Assembly (NCBI GenBank): GCA_040772725.1
Contig: JAXGXR010000001.1
Location: 9,977 to 73,976 of the forward strand
Source: Clostridia bacterium
Lineage (GTDB): Bacteria > Bacillota > Clostridia > Saccharofermentanales > UBA5734
DNA length: 64,000 nucleotides
Direction of reading: 5' to 3'
The notes under the pieces are model-generated. The model was not told the origin of the DNA. It searched no databases and was given only the letters and a program-made list of their open reading frames with translations. Made by a program: the position numbers and the translations under genes. Shown piece after piece: positions 45,947 through 54,412 of this stretch (positions are counted from its first letter, which is position 1; each line of letters begins with the position of its first letter).

Positions 45947-47302
45947 ATGTCCAGGTTTCATTCCGTCCAGCTGAACCGTGACCTTTGCGTCGGCTGCACC
46001 ACCTGCATCAAGAAGTGCCCGACCGAAGCGATCCGGGTCAGGGATGGAAAGGCGAAAATCAATGACAATCGCTGCATCGACTGCAGTGAATGCATCCGCG
46101 TGTGTCCGCATCACGCGAAAAGCGCATCCATGGATTCCCTGGACCGCATGCAGGAATTCGACTACAATATCGCGCTGGCCTCGCCATCGCTCTATGCCCA
46201 GTTCGGCCCGCCGGCCGACCGTTTCATGGTGCTGGCCGCGCTCAAGAACATCGGATTTGACGATGTCTATGAAGTGGCGATCGGTGCGGACATCGTCACG
46301 GAGAACACGATCAGGCTGATGAAGGAACTGGGGAAGCGGGCACCCCGCCCCATGATCTCTTCCGCCTGCCCGGCGGTCGTCCGTCTGATCCAGATGCGCT
46401 TTCCGGGCTTGATTGAACACCTGGTTCCGTTCGACTCCCCCATGGAGGTGACCGCCAGCATCGCGCGCGGTGAGACCATTGTCAAGACAGGCCTGAAATC
46501 CGACCGGATCGGCATATTCTTCATCAGCCCCTGCCCGGCCAAGCGGACCGCGGTGGTCAATCCGCAGAGTTTCCAGCGTTCCCAGGTCGATGCGGCCGTG
46601 GCCACTTCTGAAGTGTATCCGCTGATCCTTTCCAAACTTGAAAAGATGGATCCCCAATCCGTCGAGGATTTCAAGCAGCATCAGCTGGCCCATGCTGGTG
46701 GTATCCGCTGGGGCTACATCGGTGGCGAATCCATGTCGCTCAACACGGAGAAATATCTGGCGGTTGACGGTATCCACAGTGTGATCTCCATTCTCGACGA
46801 GGTGGAGAACGAACGCCTGCGCGACATCGATTTCATCGAGGCGAATTCGTGCCTGGGCGGCTGCATCGGTGGAGCCCTGAACGTGGCCAACCGTTTTTCC
46901 GGACGGGCACGCCAGAGCGCTTATGTCCGGGCTGCCAACCAGCTGGCTCAGGCTCATCCGGAAAAATTCTTCGATGCCCGTCACATTGTCCTGCCGGAAT
47001 GGGAGCATCCGATCGAGCCCAATCCCGCGCTCAACCTTGACGAGGATATCGGCAAGGCCCTGGTTAAATACGAGATGATCGAACAGATCGTCAAGAACCT
47101 GCCGGGCCTCGACTGCGGGGCCTGCGGGGCGCCTGACTGCCAGGCGCTGGCCGAAGACATCGTACAAGGCGAAGCGACAGAAACGGACTGCATCTTCAAG
47201 CTCAAGGAACGGATCCGCCAGGTGGCTGCGGAGATGATCGCCCTTGAATCCGAAATGAACCGGCACACCTTGCCGGGCGATGTGAAAAAGGACACGAAAT
47301 GA
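45947..47302 (+). CDS. [FeFe]-hydrogenase-like sensory-type protein (HydS-like: 2x[4Fe-4S] ferredoxin domain, H-domain, C-terminal Cx2Cx4Cx16C)
   Basis: CVGCTTCIKKCP and CIDCSECIRVCP motifs. H-cluster-type motifs are SSACP, SPCPAK and EANSCLGGCIGG. The C-terminus carries DCGACGAPDC...DC. AGGAGG SD. Confidence 0.85.
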   Translation: MSRFHSVQLNRDLCVGCTTCIKKCPTEAIRVRDGKAKINDNRCIDCSECIRVCPHHAKSASMDSLDRMQEFDYNIALASPSLYAQFGPPADRFMVLAALKNIGFDDVYEVAIGADIVTENTIRLMKELGKRAPRPMISSACPAVVRLIQMRFPGLIEHLVPFDSPMEVTASIARGETIVKTGLKSDRIGIFFISPCPAKRTAVVNPQSFQRSQVDAAVATSEVYPLILSKLEKMDPQSVEDFKQHQLAHAGGIRWGYIGGESMSLNTEKYLAVDGIHSVISILDEVENERLRDIDFIEANSCLGGCIGGALNVANRFSGRARQSAYVRAANQLAQAHPEKFFDARHIVLPEWEHPIEPNPALNLDEDIGKALVKYEMIEQIVKNLPGLDCGACGAPDCQALAEDIVQGEATETDCIFKLKERIRQVAAEMIALESEMNRHTLPGDVKKDTK

Positions 47303-47658
47303 AAATTTCTGATGTTGTGTCCGGCCTGCCGGCTGCCTGGTTGACACCGGAACCCGATCATGAAGCATTGACTGCACGCGAGATCAACAGCGGCTATGCT
47401 TGTGATCTGCTCAGTCTGGTCATTGCCGGAGTCAAGCGGGACGAAGCCTGGTTCACCATTCTCAACAGCGTGAATGTGGTGGCTGTGGCGGTGCTCGCCG
47501 ATTGCCCGCTGGTCGTCCTGACCGAAGGAGTGGTCATGGACCCGGAAGTCGTGGCGCGGGCGGCCGACAAGGGCGTATGGGTGGTGTCCACAAAACTGTC
47601 GACCTATCGGGCCTGTGTTCGCCTGAACGCGCTGATCGAAGCTGATGACAAGGCATGA
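47299..47658 (+). CDS. DRTGG-domain protein (copy 2)
   Basis: 119 aa with a DRTGG-like pattern (LLSLVIAGVKRDEAWFTILNSVNVVAVAVLADCPLVVLTEG). ATGA overlap with the HydS-like gene. Confidence 0.8.
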   Translation: MKISDVVSGLPAAWLTPEPDHEALTAREINSGYACDLLSLVIAGVKRDEAWFTILNSVNVVAVAVLADCPLVVLTEGVVMDPEVVARAADKGVWVVSTKLSTYRACVRLNALIEADDKA

Positions 47659-48482
47659 TCGCCGGATTTGACACGGACCGTCCGTCCGGTTCGCCTCCCT
47701 GGCAGGACAATGATCCGCTATCCGGTATCCGGGCGGACCTGCACATTCACTCGGTCCTGTCCCCCTGCGCCGACCGGGAGATGACGCCCGGCAACATCGT
47801 GGGCATGGCAATGGTCCTCGGACTCGATGTGATCGCGATCACCGATCATCAGAGTTGCGGCAACTGCGAGGCCGCGATGACGATTTCCGAATCGCTCGAC
47901 GGACCGTTGGTGATTCCGGGCATGGAAGCGGAGAGCGCGGAGGAAATCCATCTGCTCTGCCTGTTCCCGGACCTGTTGACGGCCAAGGCGTTCGAATCCC
48001 TCATCCGCTCCACCATGCCCGAGATGCCAAACCGTAAAGACATCTTCGGGGAACAGTGGCTCATGGACGATCAGGATGATCTGATCGGCGAAGAGGAACG
48101 GATGCTGCTGGTGCCCAGCCGGCTGTCCTGTGATGAAATCGCTGCCCGGGTTGTTGCGATGGGCGGCGTCTGCATACCAGCCCACCTGGACCGTGAGGCC
48201 AACAGCATGCTCATCAGCCTTGGCACGGTGCCGCCTGATTTCCCCACGCGTGTCATCGAACTGTCTTCCCGAGCCAACCCGCCCCTTTTTTTCAGCCAGC
48301 ATCCGGAACTGGCCGGTTATCGCCAAATTGTGAATTCCGACGCGCACTCATTGGCGGCCATGGCCGCGGCGTCCACGCGTTTTGACGAACATTCACCCGA
48401 TGTTGTGCAAAATGGAGACCGTAACCGTTCACGAAAGTCGATTTTCGATATTCTGCAAGCATTGCGGCAAGGATTGCTCTAG
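47655..48482 (+). CDS. PHP-domain metal-dependent phosphoesterase
   Basis: ADLHIHSVLSPCA, AITDH and IPAHLDR His/Asp motifs. ATGA overlap. Confidence 0.85.
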   Translation: MIAGFDTDRPSGSPPWQDNDPLSGIRADLHIHSVLSPCADREMTPGNIVGMAMVLGLDVIAITDHQSCGNCEAAMTISESLDGPLVIPGMEAESAEEIHLLCLFPDLLTAKAFESLIRSTMPEMPNRKDIFGEQWLMDDQDDLIGEEERMLLVPSRLSCDEIAARVVAMGGVCIPAHLDREANSMLISLGTVPPDFPTRVIELSSRANPPLFFSQHPELAGYRQIVNSDAHSLAAMAAASTRFDEHSPDVVQNGDRNRSRKSIFDILQALRQGLL

Positions 48483-48526
48483 TGCTATAATGACGCAGAT
48501 TGTGGCGAAGGAATGGTGAGCTGACC

Positions 48527-49093
48527 ATGCGCGACCTGTCCCTGCACCTGCTGGACATTGTCCAGAATTCCCTGAAAGCCGGCGCGAGCCGGATTGAAGT
48601 GCGGGTTGAGGCAGATGAGGACCTTGACCGGCTGACCGTATCCGTCATCGACAATGGTTCCGGCATGAGCGAGGACATGCTGAACAGGGTGACCGACCCT
48701 TTCATGACCTCTAGGACCACTCGATCCGTCGGACTGGGCGTGCCTCTTTTTCGTGAAGCGGCAACGATTACGGGTGGCCGCTTCACCATTGAATCCAAGC
48801 CGGGAGAAGGCACCAGCCTGACAGCGCAATTCGTGATGTCGAGCATTGACCGGGTGCCGCTTGGAGACCTGGCTGACACGTTTGTCGGACTGGTCCTCTC
48901 GGATCCCAAACGAAACTATGTCATCTGCTTTTCAGCCGGTGACAGGCGCTTTGACCTCGACCTCGACGATGTCAGGGCAGAGCTCATCGACGTTCCGCTC
49001 AACGACCCCAATGTCCTGGAATGGCTTCAGGCGTTGATCCGCGAGCAGCAAAGCACAATTTTCGGAGGTGTCCTCAATGAAGTCTCTTGCTGA
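48527..49093 (+). CDS. GHKL-type ATP-binding protein (histidine-kinase-like ATPase without HisKA domain)
   Basis: LLDIVQNSLKAGA N-box, DNGSGM G1 and VGLGVPL G2 motifs. Start at the ATG at 48527. Confidence 0.8.
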   Translation: MRDLSLHLLDIVQNSLKAGASRIEVRVEADEDLDRLTVSVIDNGSGMSEDMLNRVTDPFMTSRTTRSVGLGVPLFREAATITGGRFTIESKPGEGTSLTAQFVMSSIDRVPLGDLADTFVGLVLSDPKRNYVICFSAGDRRFDLDLDDVRAELIDVPLNDPNVLEWLQALIREQQSTIFGGVLNEVSC

Positions 49094-49454
49094 ACTCAAT
49101 GAAATCCGCCAGAAGGCAAAGGCCGGCATGGCAGCGCGTGAAGAAGGTGGCCGTCGGGTTGTTGTCGGCATGGCCACCTGTGGCATCGCGGCGGGTGCCC
49201 GTCCAGTGATGAACGCGATCGTCGAAGAGCTGCGCACGCGCCAGATCACCGGTGTGTCCGTGACCATGACCGGCTGCATCGGGGTATGCCGTCTGGAACC
49301 GATCGTCGAGGTGATCGACGAGGATGGCAGCAAAGTCACCTATGTCAGGCTGGACGCCAACAAGGCCCGGCGGATTGTGGCGGAACATCTGGTGAACAAG
49401 CGGATCTGTCAGGACCTGACCATTGGTGCCGTCGAGACAGCCGGCAAGGCCTGA
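49077..49454 (+). CDS. thioredoxin-like [2Fe-2S] ferredoxin (NuoE/HydC-related small protein)
   Basis: Cys pattern MATCGIAAG...GCIGVCRLEP. GGAGG SD 8 nt upstream. Overlaps the preceding gene by 17 nt. Confidence 0.85.
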   Translation: MKSLAELNEIRQKAKAGMAAREEGGRRVVVGMATCGIAAGARPVMNAIVEELRTRQITGVSVTMTGCIGVCRLEPIVEVIDEDGSKVTYVRLDANKARRIVAEHLVNKRICQDLTIGAVETAGKA

Positions 49455-49484
49455 TTCTCGACCTGCACTCGAAAAACCGGACTT

Positions 49485-49530
49485 CACGGGACGGTCCGAC
49501 GGACCATCCCGTGAGGTTCTCTTTTTTTTT
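49485..49530 (+). terminator. intrinsic terminator ending the DRTGG/HydS-like operon
   Basis: A 13-bp stem CACGGGACGGTCC/GGACCATCCCGTG (one mismatch), followed by a T-run at 49519-30. Confidence 0.85.
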
Positions 49531-49626
49531 GACCATCACGCACACCAAATTATGATACGATAAGAGTCATACTTGAAGGCAACCAGCTTCAAATCGTCAT
49601 TATTCAAACCCTTCATGGAGGAACGG

Positions 49627-50370
49627 ATGAATCTGATGCTACTCATCGAAACGATGAAATTTCACAAGGTCAAACAGGAGATGGCCGTCCGGATCCTGTT
49701 TGTATTTTGCTACGTGATCAATACCGGCATCTTCTTTTTCCCCGGAACCGACCCGGACCTGACCGTCATTTACAACACCCTGGAGCGGATGACACAAGGT
49801 GATATCACGATGCCCCCGCTCACGGACGGCAACATGCTGTTCATTGGCTTGTCGCTCGCCGCCTCGATCCTGACATTCCTTTGCACGTTTTTTTACGCGG
49901 CCCTTTACACGGGTGAAAAGGAAGACATCCCGACCCGTGACATCATCAAACGGCTGATCCTGTCCATTCCGGCCATCGCCGCGACCGGTGTCCTCCTGAT
50001 CGTCCCGGTCATCTTTTCGTCATTTCTGCTGTTCATTCCGATGATCTTCATTTTGACGGCCATCTACTTTCTACCGCTCAACCTGATCATCGGCCGCATG
50101 CGGCTGTCTGAAGCCCTCGCGTCGTCGGTGCGTGACACCAGACGGGCGCGCCTGTTCATTTTCCTGCAGTACCTGTTCCTCATGTTCGCGATGAACCTGC
50201 CGGAATCCCTCATTCTGACGCTTTTCCAGCTCCGGGGTGTCGCAAGCGCCCTTGTCTCGGGCTTTTTCCTGGCTGCCAGCGCCTTGATGCGAGGCCGTCT
50301 GATGGGGATCTTCTACCTCAATCTTGTAAAAAAAGTGCCGGTTGTGATACCATCAAAGCCAAATGTCTGA
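49627..50370 (+). CDS. hypothetical polytopic membrane protein
   Basis: About 6 hydrophobic helices. I recognise no family. Start at the ATG at 49627, behind GGAGGA. Confidence 0.6.
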   Translation: MNLMLLIETMKFHKVKQEMAVRILFVFCYVINTGIFFFPGTDPDLTVIYNTLERMTQGDITMPPLTDGNMLFIGLSLAASILTFLCTFFYAALYTGEKEDIPTRDIIKRLILSIPAIAATGVLLIVPVIFSSFLLFIPMIFILTAIYFLPLNLIIGRMRLSEALASSVRDTRRARLFIFLQYLFLMFAMNLPESLILTLFQLRGVASALVSGFFLAASALMRGRLMGIFYLNLVKKVPVVIPSKPNV

Positions 50371-50407
50371 ACACGCTGTTTCTGCTAAATCAAAGGGGGA
50401 AGACCTG

Positions 50408-50896
50408 ATGGGCCGCAAAGAAGAGATCCTGAGCCTTCTGGAAAAAAACGCCAAGCTTGATGCCACGCAGATCGCGGTCATGACCGGCCGTCCGGTTGCC
50501 GAGATTGAGCGGGATATCGATAATCTGGAGAAAAACAAGACAATACTGGCTTACAATGCCATTGTCAATTGGGAGAAAACCGATCGTGACCCGGTCACGG
50601 CGCTGATCGAGGTCCGTGTCACCCCGCAGCGCGATCAGGGGTTTGACCGGATTGCTTCCCGCATTTACCGCTATCCACAGGTCAAGTCCTGCTACCTGAT
50701 GTCCGGCGGGTTCGATCTCATGGTGATCATCGAGGATGAAAACCTCAAGGATGTCGCCATGTTCGTCTCGGAAAAAATCGCGCCGCTTGACTCCGTCGTC
50801 TCGACCCGGACCCATTTCATCCTGAAGAAATACAAAATGAACGGGACCGAGTTCACGGTGAAGGATGAGGACAACCGGGAGGCGGTCGTCCTATGA
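50408..50896 (+). CDS. Lrp/AsnC-family transcriptional regulator
   Basis: N-terminal HTH (ILSLLEKNAKLDATQIAVMTGRPVAEI) plus a RAM/AsnC_trans_reg domain. AGGGGGA SD. Confidence 0.9.
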   Translation: MGRKEEILSLLEKNAKLDATQIAVMTGRPVAEIERDIDNLEKNKTILAYNAIVNWEKTDRDPVTALIEVRVTPQRDQGFDRIASRIYRYPQVKSCYLMSGGFDLMVIIEDENLKDVAMFVSEKIAPLDSVVSTRTHFILKKYKMNGTEFTVKDEDNREAVVL

Positions 50897-52071
50897 ATTA
50901 TGACGCGTATCTTTCCCATACGGTCAAGAGCATACCTCCTTCGGCGATCCGGCGCTTTTTCGACCTGGCCAACGAGTTGAAGGGACAGGTGATCTCATTG
51001 TCGATCGGTGAGCCTGACTTTGTGACACCCTGGAATGTCCGGGAAGCCGGCATTTTTTCCCTTGAAAGCGGCAATACCCATTATTCTCCCAATCAGGGGT
51101 TCATCGAGCTTCGCGAGGCGATCGCCGCCTACATGAAGCGATCCTTCGATTTGTCATACCAGCCGCGGACCGAGGTCCTGGTCACCGTCGGCGGCAGCGA
51201 GGCCATCGACCTGGCCGTTCGCGCCCTGGTCAATCCTGGCGACGAGGTCATCATTCCGGAGCCCTGCTTTGTCGCCTACAAGTCCTGTGTCATGCTGGCC
51301 GGCGGCGTCCCCGTCACGATCAGCACCCGACAGGAGGATGACTTCAAACTCCTGCCGCAGGATCTGGAACGGGCGATCACCTCGAAGACGAAACTGATCA
51401 TCCTCGGCTATCCCAACAACCCGACCGGCGCGGTCATGTCTCACGAAGAACTGACGAAAATCGCCGAAGTCCTGCACGGCAAGGACATCATCATCGTCTC
51501 CGACGAGATCTACGCGGAGCTGACCTATCCACCGCAGGAGCACTGTTCGATCGCGACGCTCGATGGGCTATGGGAACGCACCATCGTCGTCAATGGTTTT
51601 TCCAAGGCGTTCGCGATGACGGGATGGCGCCTCGGATTCGCTGTTGGACCGGCGCCGCTGATCGGAGCCATGAACAAGATCCATCAATACGCCATCATGT
51701 CCTCACCGACGACCGCCCAGGACGCGGCGATTGAGGCGTTGAACAACGGCGCGACATCGATCGTCGACATGCGCAATGAATACAATCGTCGACGCCGGAT
51801 CGTCATCGATGCCTGCCGCAAGGCCGGTTTGCCGTCTTTCGAACCCCTCGGCGCATTCTACGCGTTTCCTGACATCCGGCCGACGGGCATGGATTCGACA
51901 ACTTTCTGCGAGACTTTCCTCAAGGAGGAGAAGGTCGCGATCGTGCCGGGCAATGCCTTCGGCGCTTGCGGGGAAGGCTATGTCCGCATCAGTTACGCCT
52001 CCTCCATGGACAACATCCGGGAAGCCATGGCCCGTCTGACCGCATTTGTATCCAGGAGAATCAACCCATGA
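50893..52071 (+). CDS. class I/II PLP-dependent aminotransferase (aspartate aminotransferase-like)
   Basis: SKAFAMTGWRLG PLP-lysine motif and NPTG. ATGA overlap with the Lrp gene. Confidence 0.92.
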   Translation: MNYDAYLSHTVKSIPPSAIRRFFDLANELKGQVISLSIGEPDFVTPWNVREAGIFSLESGNTHYSPNQGFIELREAIAAYMKRSFDLSYQPRTEVLVTVGGSEAIDLAVRALVNPGDEVIIPEPCFVAYKSCVMLAGGVPVTISTRQEDDFKLLPQDLERAITSKTKLIILGYPNNPTGAVMSHEELTKIAEVLHGKDIIIVSDEIYAELTYPPQEHCSIATLDGLWERTIVVNGFSKAFAMTGWRLGFAVGPAPLIGAMNKIHQYAIMSSPTTAQDAAIEALNNGATSIVDMRNEYNRRRRIVIDACRKAGLPSFEPLGAFYAFPDIRPTGMDSTTFCETFLKEEKVAIVPGNAFGACGEGYVRISYASSMDNIREAMARLTAFVSRRINP

Positions 52072-53177
52072 TTGAGTACGATCAGTATCGGCTGACCATC
52101 CTGGCGATGGAGCCGGCCATCGAGCAGCTGCGTGAATCCCTGCACATCGAAAAGGTGCGGGATGAAATCGCCGAGCTGGAGGCGCATGCCCAGGAACCGG
52201 GTTTCTGGGACAATGTCGAGCGGGCTCAGAAAATGCAGGTGCAGATCAAGCACTTGCAGCGCAAGGTCGACCGTTTCCAGAAACTGCGGCAGGACTATGA
52301 TGACCTGACGGTGCTTTGCGATCTCGGCGCAGAGGCCGAGGACCCGGACACCCTGGTGGAGGTCGGTGAGGGATTGAAGTCACTGCAGCATGAATTCGAG
52401 ACCATGAGGCTCGAGACGCTGTTCACCGGGGAATACGATGCCAGCAATGCCATCCTGACTCTGCATGCAGGCGCTGGCGGCACCGAAGCGCAGGACTGGG
52501 CCGAGATGTTGTATCGCATGTACACGCGCTGGTGCGAGTCGCATGAATTCGAAATCAAGCTTCTGGATTACCTGGACGGTGACGAGGCCGGCATCAAGAG
52601 CGTCTCGTTCATGGTGATCGGTGAAAACGCCTATGGGTATCTACGATCGGAAATGGGCGTCCATCGTCTGGTCCGCATTTCGCCTTTCGACTCGTCCGGC
52701 CGACGCCATACGTCCTTTGCCTCGCTCGAGGTCATGCCGGAACTCGACGATTCCATCAAAATCGACATCCGCTCAGAAGATCTGAAAGTCGACACCTACC
52801 GTTCATCCGGTGCGGGCGGCCAGCACGTCAACAAGACTGAATCCGCCATCCGGATCACGCATGTTCCGACCGGCGTGGTTGTTTCCTGCCAGACGGAGCG
52901 ATCCCAGGTCCAGAACCGCGAGACCGCGATGAACATGCTCAAGTCCAAATTGTTCGCCATTGCCCGGGCGGCCCAGATGGACCGGATCGAGGACCTGAAG
53001 GGCAACCAGATGGACATAGCCTGGGGCAGCCAGATCCGCTCCTATGTCTTCTGCCCCTACACCATGGTCAAGGATCACCGGACCGGCTACGAAATGGTCG
53101 ATGTCCAAAGTGTAATGGACGGCGATCTCGACGGCTTCATCAACGCGTACCTGTCCGGGATGAAAATTGAAAAGTGA
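52068..53177 (+). CDS. prfB: peptide chain release factor 2 (single ORF, no programmed frameshift)
   Basis: SPF tripeptide (RISPFDS) and GGQ (SSGAGGQHVNK). ATGA overlap with the aminotransferase gene, with an AGGAGA SD. Confidence 0.93.
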   Translation: MIEYDQYRLTILAMEPAIEQLRESLHIEKVRDEIAELEAHAQEPGFWDNVERAQKMQVQIKHLQRKVDRFQKLRQDYDDLTVLCDLGAEAEDPDTLVEVGEGLKSLQHEFETMRLETLFTGEYDASNAILTLHAGAGGTEAQDWAEMLYRMYTRWCESHEFEIKLLDYLDGDEAGIKSVSFMVIGENAYGYLRSEMGVHRLVRISPFDSSGRRHTSFASLEVMPELDDSIKIDIRSEDLKVDTYRSSGAGGQHVNKTESAIRITHVPTGVVVSCQTERSQVQNRETAMNMLKSKLFAIARAAQMDRIEDLKGNQMDIAWGSQIRSYVFCPYTMVKDHRTGYEMVDVQSVMDGDLDGFINAYLSGMKIEK

Positions 53178-53191
53178 AAGGGAAACATTCA

Positions 53192-53692
53192 ATGAAAAAA
53201 GTTCTTGTAGTCATGGGCAGCGATTCCGATTATCCAGTCATGGAATCCTGCTTTTCACAGCTCAAACAGTTTGGCATCCCCTTTGAGGCTTCGGTCTGTT
53301 CTGCCCATCGCACACCGGAAACGGCAGCGAAACTGTCCCGTGAAGCCATCGAAAACGGTTTCGGGGTTATCATCGCGGCAGCCGGCCTGGCAGCCCATTT
53401 GCCGGGTGTGCTAGCGGCTTTCACCACCTTGCCGGTCATCGGGGTTCCGATCGGCGGCGGACCGCTCAACGGTCAGGACGCGCTTTACGCGATTGTGCAG
53501 ATGCCGTCCGGGATTCCCGTCGCGACCGTCGCCATCAACGGCGCGGCAAACGCGGCCATCCTTGCGGCCCAGATCCTGGCTGTGGCGGATGAAGCGTTGG
53601 CCGGAAAACTGGTGCATGCCAAGCAGGACATGGCGACCAAGGTTGCGGAGCGAAATGCCCGGCTTCAGGAAAAACTCGGTTCAGGCCAATGA
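53192..53692 (+). CDS. purE: N5-carboxyaminoimidazole ribonucleotide mutase
   Basis: VVMGSDSD, SAHRTP and AAGLAAHLPGV motifs. Confidence 0.95.
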   Translation: MKKVLVVMGSDSDYPVMESCFSQLKQFGIPFEASVCSAHRTPETAAKLSREAIENGFGVIIAAAGLAAHLPGVLAAFTTLPVIGVPIGGGPLNGQDALYAIVQMPSGIPVATVAINGAANAAILAAQILAVADEALAGKLVHAKQDMATKVAERNARLQEKLGSGQ

Positions 53693-53771
53693 ACAATTGC
53701 CTTGAAGGATCCGTGGAAATCATCTCCGGCCGGGCATGGACCGGCAAAAAGGGCTTGTCGAAGAGGGTACC

Positions 53772-54410
53772 ATGCTGAATGTGCTTGTCCTGGTATCAGG
53801 CGGCGGGACGAATCTGCAGGCCATACTGGACCGGATGGCCGAAGGCCGGCTGCCCGGTGTCCGGATCGTTGGCGTCATTTCATCCAGGTCCGGTGCGTAT
53901 GCCATGGAACGGGCCGCCGCGGCCGGGATCCCCAGCCTGGTGGTCAGCAAAAAGCAGCACCCGGACATGGCCGATTATGACGCGGCCATGATCGAAGCGG
54001 CTGACCGTCTGTCAGATGAACCGGTTGGCCTGGTTGTGCTGGCCGGTTTTTTATCGCTTCTGGGACCGGATTTCATCGCACGGTTCAAGAACCGGATCAT
54101 CAATATCCACCCGGCCCTGATCCCGTCCTTTTGTGGTCCGGGGATGTATGGCATCCGCCCGCACGAAGCCGCGATCGATCGCGGGGTGAGAATTTCCGGT
54201 GCGACGGTGCATGTGGTGGATGAAAGTTACGATGCCGGTCCGATCATTTCGCAGAAGGCGGTCGAAGTCCGGTGGGATGACACGCCGCAGACCCTGCAGA
54301 AGCGGATCATGCAGGAGGCCGAGCAAGTCCTGCTTCCTGAAGCGATCCGGCTGTTTGCCGAGAGCAGAATCACGATTGAGGGACGAAAAGTCCACATCAG
54401 GGAGGAATGA
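53772..54410 (+). CDS. purN: phosphoribosylglycinamide formyltransferase
   Basis: VLVSGGGTNLQAI, NIHPALIPSF and HVVDESYDAGPII motifs. Confidence 0.93.
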   Translation: MLNVLVLVSGGGTNLQAILDRMAEGRLPGVRIVGVISSRSGAYAMERAAAAGIPSLVVSKKQHPDMADYDAAMIEAADRLSDEPVGLVVLAGFLSLLGPDFIARFKNRIINIHPALIPSFCGPGMYGIRPHEAAIDRGVRISGATVHVVDESYDAGPIISQKAVEVRWDDTPQTLQKRIMQEAEQVLLPEAIRLFAESRITIEGRKVHIREE

Positions 54411-54412
54411 TC

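Noticed and set aside
52068-52200. Programmed +1 frameshift in prfB.
   Set aside because: RF2 is encoded in one continuous frame from the ATG at 52068 (…AIEQLRESLHIEKVRDEI…). There is no CTT TGA-type shift site and no internal SD. This is simply a frameshift-less prfB.
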